In this document: positions 53,216-64,000 of the stretch, one piece after another | Layout: every line of letters begins with the position of its first letter | How positions within the stretch are numbered: position 1 is the first letter of the stretch | Source of the DNA: the human T2T-CHM13v2.0 reference genome, Homo sapiens | Direction: 5' to 3' (one strand) | NCBI RefSeq assembly: GCF_009914755.1 | Contig: NC_060937.1 | Length of the DNA: 64,000 nucleotides | Made by a program: the position numbers and the translations under genes | Notes under the pieces: model-generated | Told to the model about the DNA's origin: nothing | Database searches by the model: none | Seen by the model: only the letters and a program-made list of their open reading frames with translations

Positions 53216-54242
53216 TTTAAAGAAATTCTTACCTACTGAAAGAGTTGGATAGTATGCTGCTACTGTTCAAGTTTTACTCTAAATATATAGATTATATGTG
53301 TAGTTGTTCTACTGCCGGATCATAATTATTATTCTGGTGTTTTAAAAGTAGATTTTTAAGAAACAATGAACAACCAAATATTAACATGATTATAAGCAAG
53401 GTATTACAGACTGCATTTTTAGGAATCATTGACCATTTCTTAGCATGTCCTTACAAAGAATTAAAAGTTTATCTAAAAAAATAAGAGAGGGAGATAACAT
53501 GCTGCAGTTATTAAGCAGAATCAAACTATCCTACATGTTTTTTTAACCTTAGGTATTTAATTAATAACATTAATAAAAATAAGGCATATGTATGTATACC
53601 TGTGAGCACTCCACATGAATGTAACTACTATAGCTAATCTACACGTAATAACAGTTTTATCCTTAAAAGATACCTATGGGACAACTACTATTACAATGGG
53701 ACAATTGGAGCATATAGAGGTAAGGGAATAAATCTATTGGCACAAAATTAAGAGGCAGAATCTATATTCACTGATTCACTTCCCTCTGGCTTCTAAATTT
53801 GTTTATTCTGCAGATGACCGATACTCAGAACAATGGTTTTAATAAGTGGATACAATTTATAGAAATATCAGGTTTTGGTTCTATATATAATAGGAACAAT
53901 TTTTTTAAACACTTGTGATCATCTTTTTCAATAAAAATACTTTTTGAAAACATATCCCATTCAATATGTAAGCATTAATGTCAATTGTGGGCAAACCATT
54001 GCATCAGTTGAAAACACAAAGATGAATCATTTATATTTTTACACACATATTTAGGATTCATATATAGATGGTCTCCAGCTTAGGATGACTCTTATTATTT
54101 TTCAACTTTATGGTAATGTGAAAGCCATACACATTCAGTGGAAAGCAGTAGGATACCCTCTTTCTATGCTGAGCAGAGCCAGTGAACAACACCTCCCAGC
54201 CAACCACCGTGATCTTGAGGGTAAACAACTGATACACTATAG

Positions 54243-55095
<853 letters not shown>

Positions 55096-56484
55096 CTGTA
55101 TAGCGGACTATGTTGCCAGATGATTTTGCCCAACTGTAGGCTAATTTAAGTGTTCTGAGTATGCATAAAGTAGGCTATGCTGCATGTTCAGTAGATTAAA
55201 CTTATTAAATGCATTTCTGACTTGATATTTTCAGCTTATGTAGGTTTATCAGGATGTAACTCCATCTTAAATCAAGGAACACATGTATATTTAAATATAA
55301 TGAAAGATAATGATAATTTATTGACTGATAAGGTATGCATATAAATGTCAGTTTCCTCATCAGACTACGTTATGTTAGTCATCTATACTTCTTGTCCTTC
55401 TCTCTCTGTAGATGAGAATCAAACTGCTGTAAGGACTGACAATAAGAGGAAGTCACTTTATGTAAGCTCCCACTCTGTTTACTTCAGATATGCCTGAGGA
55501 AAGAGCCTCTAGTGCAATACATAGACCAAAAGCCTTAAGAATCAGATTCATGTTCCATGCTCTGCATCTCAGGAGCTCCTTACTCTTCCTTATCTAGGGT
55601 AGGCCTAGATATTTTATAAGATTTTCCAAGTAGATATGTAATCTTTCCTTTATAATAAAAATAACTCCTTCCATCTGTGCCATCTCCTTTCTACTCCACA
55701 ATAGATACAGGTATGTTTCAGTAACTGAAGGGATGGGCGTGCATTAGTAATGTGGGGGGGTGTGCACCAGACCCCTGCGATATCTAAAGAACAAACAAGG
55801 GCAGGATTGAAATAGGAGAGCCTGTGTTCACCAAACATGACAAAGGGCTGTGATGATATCACTTCTTCTTGATCACCCTGCTCTCCCTTCTCACAACACA
55901 CGTAACAACTTAATACTTCTTATCCTCCCAAGGATTTAATTTTGCTGTCCTTTGTTAAACTCTTAATATATTAAATTTTGTATTTTTCTTGGTATTATGA
56001 TGAATACTAGTTATTTTACGCTACCCTAATACGGTAGTTAGACCACCTGAATTCCTCACTGGTGATCATGTTGTTATTCTTTCGCTAAATAAACTTAAAC
56101 TATAGTGTCTCCTCTCCCACGCTGTCAATTTCTATTCTTATTGCTTTCAAAAAACCCACTTATATAATAACTCTTTAAAACAAATGTACAAGTTTGTTAG
56201 ATGTATGTACAGATTGAGAAAATATGTTCTCAACAATATATGCATAATCATTAGGTTATGAAAATTGTGATTTCTAGTTAGTCTTATACTGAAGTCTTTT
56301 TTAAAAATTTGATTTTTTTGTACCTCTTCTAGATGGGTAAAGTAGCTTTGTAGCTAAGAAATATATGTAGATTTATGATAATATGAAAATTATTAAAACA
56401 ATACTATAAATTCAGAATCCTTATGTTAACATCGATAAATGCAAAAGTACCTGTAGATAGACAAATTTGAGGATTCTTTTAAAT

Positions 56485-56698
56485 TGTTATTTGCAATTAT
56501 TATGGTATATAATAAACAATTTTATAGGGTACATGTGATATTTTTGATACAAGCGTATGATGTATAATTATCAAATCAGTGTAATTGCGGTGTCCATCAC
56601 CTCAAGAATTTATTATTTCTTTGTGCTGGAAACATTCCAATTCCACTCTTTAGTTATTTTGAAATACACAACAAATTATTGTTTACTGTAATCACACT
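56485..56698 (-). mobile_element. L1MA-type 3' end fragment
   Basis: atagggtacatgtgatatttttgatacaagc...ccatcacctcaagaatttattatttctttgtg. Confidence 0.75.
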
Positions 56699-57289
56699 AA
56701 GCACTGATACATACCTAGAAGTGTTTTAGATGTTATTTGTCTTACACCACTATTATACATAAAGAAATTAAAATTCAGGAAAAGTGAGTTGTTTGTAATT
56801 ATCTCATAGCTGAAAAGAGAGTCAGTTTTAACGTGAGCCTTTGATTTTAGGATTCTTTTTATGTGTTGCACTAAACAAAAATGTAAAGAACATTTGGGAA
56901 CCATAAAATAAGCAATAATATCATTTTCTAACATATAAAATGCTTCATTCTTTTTTGAATATGTTTATATACATTCAAGAATATGTATATCTAGTATATG
57001 TATGTGTGTGTATCTATATACACAGACACTCATAATCAGGTATTTTTGTCTCCGTACTCATAATCAGGTAAATTGCTATTAGTTTCTCTTTTTGGGGATC
57101 ATAAAATTCACAGTATTGTCACCACTTTTTTCATGAATATAATTATATGTCGTTTGGAAAAGTTCATGGCTAATTTTCACAGCAGTTCTTGCAGGTTGAT
57201 GTTTCATGACTGATATTGACAGTCTTGTGCATACTGGTATATACAAATAGCATAAGAATAACTATGATAAGTGTAAACATTAAATAACA

Positions 57290-57977
57290 TAGTCAGTTCT
57301 TACTATTCACAGATTCTCTATTTGTGAATTTGCCTAATCACTGAAATATATTTGTTACACCCAAATGAATATTCTCACCCTTTGCAAATTTCTGAAAGTA
57401 CAGAACAATAAAAAGTTTGAGTCACCTGATGTGCAAGTACTCAGCTGAGGTCAAAGAAGGAAGCAACACTGCCTTCTTGTTTCAGTTCTTATATTATAAA
57501 CACATATCAATTTCACAGTATAGTTAGTGCTACCTTTTTCACATTTTTCCTGCTTATTAGTGATTTCACTGATTAAAATGTAACACAAGCATAGTGCTAA
57601 AGTTCTTTCAAATATTCCTAAGCAAAAAAAAAACAAATGAACAAACAAACAAACAAAAATACAAGGATGTGCCTCAGGGAGAGAAACATACGTACTAGAA
57701 AAGCTTCATTGAGGCATAAATTGTAGTGCTGTTGGCCATGAGTTCAATGTTAATGAATCAAAAATATACATAAACAAGATGTTTTTAAAAAGAAACACAC
57801 GTAAAACAAGGATATGGATTTTAAGGATTGATCAGTTGATGAAAGTACTGTGACCAGAGGCTGGCAGGAACCTAGTCCTCTGTTTCCTCTAGGAGCAATG
57901 GCTCAGTAGTCACTAATTCAGTGTTCGTGAATGACATTATAAAACATAACTACTGCAAATAATGAGAATCAATTACA
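57290..57977 (-). mobile_element. MER82 (TcMar-Tigger)
   Basis: End aacataactactgcaaataatgagaatcaatt and gtgaccagaggctggcaggaacct match the antisense MER82 start. Confidence 0.75.
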
Positions 57978-58699
57978 TGTTGTAATAAACATATATTGGT
58001 GTAACAAATTTTAGTAGAATGCCACAAATACCAATCACTCATGGGCCTTTTCTTCTAGCATGATTAATTTAATAGAGGAATATTGAATATCAAAAATCTT
58101 AGAAAATATTTGGAGGCTGGAATTAATTTTCATGATAATGGTTAGTTGAGTAAGAGTTGTGATACAATTTAAACATCATAAAAATATTAGTTTTATAAGA
58201 AATTATTTATTGGGGCTCAAAATTGTTAATACATGTGGTCCATCAGTATCCCTGGAGGCAGCAAATGCGATCTAGAAGTTGTTTAAGTGCTTCTGCAAAT
58301 GGCCTTGAGAAATCCAAGCAGCTATGTGAGTATATGGAACTACCAAACACTGCCCAGAGCAACCAAGTAAGGGATGTGTTGGAGCAAGTGATGAGAAATT
58401 TGACTACTTTGATCAACTCAGCAGCACAAGTTGTCTGAGTTCAGATCATGTATTAGGCACTGACTTCTGGAATGTGTCTCTGGTAGAAACTCTAGGACAG
58501 TAGACTCACCTGCCCCTTGGCTCTACTAAAAGGCCTCATACCAGGATGAATGAGTGCCACATTAATAGATAATTTGTTGGAAGGGTTTGATTTGGTTCAT
58601 CATTTTGAATGTTGATTCAGATAAAGCTATAATTTTATTAAAGATCATTGTGTTCTAAACAAATTTTTAAAAATATCCTAAATTATTGGAATATATAAA

Positions 58700-59049
58700 G
58701 AACTTTTGTCAGGTGGTGTGTTTATTTGGCTCTGTGATGAAAGGCCTTGGCTTCTGCAGGGCACCCTCATTATTCAGGTCAGAGTCAACAAGAACGAACA
58801 TGGATTTCAGTGTGTCCTTATGGGGTTCAAGCTCATAATGATTTCCAGCTTTCTTGTGATCTTCTTTTCTGACTGCCTGGTCTGTGGACTTCAAACTCCA
58901 GCATTAGACACAGAGATAATAGCTTTACAGGACTGCTTCACCAGCTGTCACAATTCTGTAATAACAACTCTATCTTTCTCACAAATCCATCTGTCAATCT
59001 CTCTATGCCTCCTAGAGGTTCTGCTTCTCTGGTTGAAACCAGACTGATA
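58700..59049 (+). mobile_element. ERVL-type LTR remnant (LTR41/LTR52/MLT2-like)
   Basis: 3' end ggttctgcttctctggttgaaaccagactgata. Confidence 0.5.
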
Positions 59050-59829
59050 GCTTGGTATGACATTTGATGGTGCACAAATTTTAGTTTATTTAGAGATTGA
59101 GGAGAATATATTTTATTTATATATTGATTCATATTTTAATTTTATTACCATACATGCATGGCAACTTACTTAGAAAGCATTTTATATAGGTGGATTTGAG
59201 TTTATTTAGGTATGTATTTTATATTAATGTACATTCCCATAACTTCCATAAATATTAAAATACAGTATCCAAATAGACGGTAAACAGTGAATTCCTATTT
59301 CTGTCTTAACCTAATATGTATGAACAAAGTGAACAACAAATAGCTTTTTGTATCATTTAAACACGTCTGGGTTTTATAAACATGTATATATTTGATTTTA
59401 AATAAACAGTAGATGATTTCATTATAATATGAGCCACAGATGATAAGAGCTGCAGATGATAAGATCAACATAATACATTCACTATAAATGCCCTAGATTT
59501 TTAGTTAGTCTAATTTCTTTTAACTAGGAATAATACAAATATCTAACATATTTCAAGTAAATAAATTTGAAAATATATCTTTCTTTTGCTAACTATAATC
59601 AGATGTTATAAATTGATAATATTTTAATATATGGGACACTTGAAATAAAAATAGACAAGTCAAACACTACCATTAGGTTTGTAAATAAAATATTGATCCT
59701 TACATATGACAATGCATATTATCAGAAACAAATCTGTATCTTCTTCCAGAAGACCAATGTTAAAGAAAACATAGGAAATAAATTTATTAATACTGCTTAT
59801 GGGGTCATGGGTTATTTGTTATATCCTTA

Positions 59830-60489
<660 letters not shown>

Positions 60490-60995
60490 TAAATTGCAAA
60501 ATATAATAAGATGTTCCAAAATGTTTTGATTTAAGCCTATCTTCTCTAGCTGTTAATGAAAATTCTCTATATGTGATTCTAAAATGATGAACCTTGGCTT
60601 CTGGGTATGATCATTTGACATAAGAAAATTCTTATAGACTAAACTTCATCGGTGCATATTTTCATAAGATAACCTTATCATTTTACCATGGCGTTCAAAG
60701 ATCTATAGAAAATGTATTAATTCCCTTCACCTCCCCTTTCAGAACATCATTCTCATGGTACATTGTCTCAGATAATCTCTACATCTTTCTCAAGTGCTCA
60801 GGTTTCTCCTGAAAGACTGACTCTCCACTTTTGAACTGTCCTTATCAAGCTCAGAATCATCTGCTAATGTTTGGCAAATAAATTCATGACTAGGCTGTTT
60901 TACTGATTCAGATTTTTCTTTTTTCTTTTTTTTTTTACTAGTTTGATTCAGTCCAAAATCCAAAATTCTCCATAAATTGACTCTCAGTTAAATTC

Positions 60996-61574
60996 TTTTT
61001 TAAAAAAATTTTACTTTCAGTCTAAAATACATGTGCTGAACGTGCAGGTTTCCTAGGTATACATGTGCCATGGTAGTTTGCTGCACCTATCAACCGTCAT
61101 CAAGGTTTTAAGCCCCACATGCATTAGGTATTTGTCCTAAAGCTCTCCCTCCTCTTTCCTCCCACCCCAACAGGCCCTGGTGTGTGATTTTCCCTTCCGT
61201 GTGTCCATGTGTTCTCATTATTCAGCTTACACTTATGAGTGAGAACATGTGGTGTTTGGTTTTCTGTTCCTGTGTTAGTTTGCTGAGGATGATAGTTTCC
61301 AGCTTCATCCATGTACCTGCAAAGGACATGAACTCATCCTTTTTTATGGCTGCATAGTATTCCATGGTGTATATGTGACACATTTTCTTTATCCAGTCTA
61401 TCATTGATGAGCATTTGGGTGGGTTCCAAGTCTTTGCTATTGTAAATAGTGCTGCAGTAAACATATGTGTGCATGTGTCTTTATAGTAGAATGATTTACA
61501 GTTCTTTGGGTATATATCCAGTAATGAGATTGCTCTGTCAAATGGTATTTCTGGTTCTATATCCTTGAGGAATT
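60996..61574 (-). mobile_element. L1PA8-type, 5'-truncated
   Basis: 3' UTR motif ggttttaagccccacatgcattagg, ORF2p C-terminus, and 8-bp TSD gttaaatt (60987-60994 and 61575-61582). Confidence 0.85.
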
Positions 61575-62545
61575 GTTAAATTATTATATATTCCTTTTAT
61601 AGAGATAATATCCTTTCTATTCCTCCATTACTCAAACTGCCTTTGTTTAAACTGTTCCTTTTGCCTGAAATTTATATTATTTGTTGCATATCTTACCTGT
61701 CGAAGTGTCATCTGTACTTATAGATCAATTTCAAATCTAGCATCTACCAGGAACAATGATTGATTCTTATGTAACTCCAAAAGTTAAATTAAATGGTAGA
61801 AACCTCAGCTGTAGGACCTGCTAAGTGGAAAACAGTTTCACATAATAAAGCTTAGTGAAAACATACCTTACATTATACAGCAGTATAAAATGAATCAGAA
61901 AATGAGGTGACATAATTTAACAAGAGCTAAATTTAATTATCCTGCATAGAATAATGTTGGATTGAAATGGAAGATATAGCAATCATCGAATGCTATGAAC
62001 CCCAAAGAAATCCACAGTTTCTCCTAATTTCAATACAATTAAATTCAATCTTATACTTTCATTCGAAGTTATTAAATAACAGTCTTCCAAGATTATACCT
62101 ACTTTGTATCAATGTTGTCTTATTCCCCACATTTTATTTCTTTAATCTCATTTAAAAAATATTATATAATTGAGATGGCCTGTGTTCTGATGACATTAAC
62201 ATTTTAAAATAAATAATCAGTTCTTATAATAAAATCAAAAACACGAAAAGGACATTTTATATTACAAGTAAGATTAGGATGATTATCATGTACCAGACAA
62301 AATTTAATTGCATGTTTAATGTTATAAATTCTGTCATGTATTTTACTCTAGAACACAAAGTATTACAAAGTATGTGTATATCAACATTATTTTATATAAT
62401 TTAGTTGTATATGATTTATAATTGAAGATTTATATATTTTTATGCATTCACTATTTCTTGAATTCTAAAAATAGTAATCATATCAAGAATATTAATAAAT
62501 GTATATTGACCATCTTTAATGGAAAATTACTTTGGTAAACACTAC

Positions 62546-62546
<1 letters not shown>

Positions 62547-62585
<39 letters not shown>
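62547..62585. repeat. (TA)n(GA)n microsatellite
   Basis: Read directly from the sequence. Confidence 0.9.
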
Positions 62586-62760
62586 TCTTTACAACAACCC
62601 TTTAAATGATATATTATTATGATCCTTACTTTACAGGTAAAAAGAGTGAAAATTAGAAAAGAAAAATAACTTGCTGAGGGCCACACAAATAGTAAATAAC
62701 AGAACAGAGGCATCCATTCAGGTCTGGCTGAGTGTAAAAGATCATGCTTTACTGCCCTAG
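62586..62760 (-). mobile_element. MIR
   Basis: acaacaaccctt...cttactttacaggtaaaaagagtgaaa...aacttgctgagggccacacaaatagtaa. Confidence 0.65.
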
Positions 62761-64000
62761 TCAGTTTTAATGAAACATAAAATGCATTAGTTTTGAGTTA
62801 CTTGACATTTAAAAGTTAGACGTTAAGTAAAATATCAAGTGATATATTAGCATAATGTAAATCCATTAATTTTCAAATTTAAAAACACTATTGGTTGTGG
62901 GTTGTTAAACATATCTCAAGAGAAAAATATCTTCATAAAATATGTGTAAGAAAGGTGTTTTTTTTCAAGAAAAGCAAGTTCAAAATCAAATGTCTAACTG
63001 GCTATAAATCATTCTGCAAAAGATGTGCATGGTAAAATTGTAATTTATAGTTCAATATCTCCCTCTGCTGTTGGCAAATACTAGTGAAAATCATTTAAGC
63101 ATGTACCTATATAAATGATATAATACTTTCATTCTTTTAAAACACTAAACCTCATTAAAATGTTTATAATCTTTTTCTCTGTCTTTGGAAATTGTGAATC
63201 CTAGATTATATTTAAGAAAACATTTTATTATTTTGAAATGTATACAAAACTGTTAAAAGTTAATTTATGGTGAATAATTTATATAATAAATTTACCCTTC
63301 CAAAATCAGTCTATTTCATAAAGCTGTTTCAGGTCAATACATGGCCTATTAATTGTCACTGGAATGCTAACACTTTTTTCTATTATATGATTGAAAATTA
63401 TTTAAAAATTACTTTAAATTTCATAGGTTTTCAGGATAGGATAAACTATGACTAAATATATCTTTTTTCAATATCTTTATTAGTAAATTTACAGCTCTAA
63501 ATTTAGTATTGAATACTATTTCATAATAACAAATAATACAAACCACAAATACAAAAAGTCACATCATAAATGATTTAAATAAAACATTATATTAGCAACA
63601 TTTTGTTCCCAAGGTAAAAGCAGAGCATAGACACTCAAAGGAATATATCATTATTTTGTATTTGCAAAGAATCTTTTGTGTTTTTAATAAGGTATTTACT
63701 AAAATTATATTTATTGTAGTAACATTATGTAGGTATCAATTAATCTTCTCTACTGTTTATGATAATTAAGAGAAAATAGAAACTTAATGAATAAAATATT
63801 TGGAAAATTATGTGTTTTTAATCACAGGAAACAAAGAAAATTAAGGTTAAATTAATATGTGGAAATCCAGGAAAAGTCATAAAGTGCTTTGCAATCCAGT
63901 AAAGTTAATTTAGCAATGGAATTAACTTATTATTTATATGAATATCAAGTTTAATGATTTACACAATGAAAGCTTAAACTTTTATTGTTGGCTCCCCGTT

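Overview
AT-rich, CpG-poor primate genomic DNA, almost certainly human because it contains an L1HS-Ta element. It is the SLITRK6 locus (13q31 from recall). The only protein-coding gene is SLITRK6 on the minus strand: a single-exon CDS at 40426-42951 (841 aa), a non-coding first exon at about 45357-45860, and a 3' UTR ending near 39230. The rest is gene desert with Alu, L1, L2, MIR, MaLR/ERV LTRs and DNA-transposon fossils; the other ORFs in the track are repeat-derived or chance. I found no new multi-gene system. The most promising leads are regulatory or structural: (i) a possible 5'-leader switch, in which exon 1 carries nine clustered uATGs that a candidate distal exon (donor 52974, next to CTCF and CRE motifs) could bypass; (ii) a 3-codon uORF whose stop overlaps the SLITRK6 start; (iii) an adjacent Pumilio element and miR-124 8mer in the 3' UTR; (iv) a palindromic triple-AGGTCA nuclear-receptor element downstream of the gene; (v) an L1HS Ta-0 insertion with no target-site duplication (TSD); and (vi) several rearrangement scars in old repeats. 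Repeat subfamily names come from recalled consensus sequences and need RepeatMasker/Dfam confirmation.
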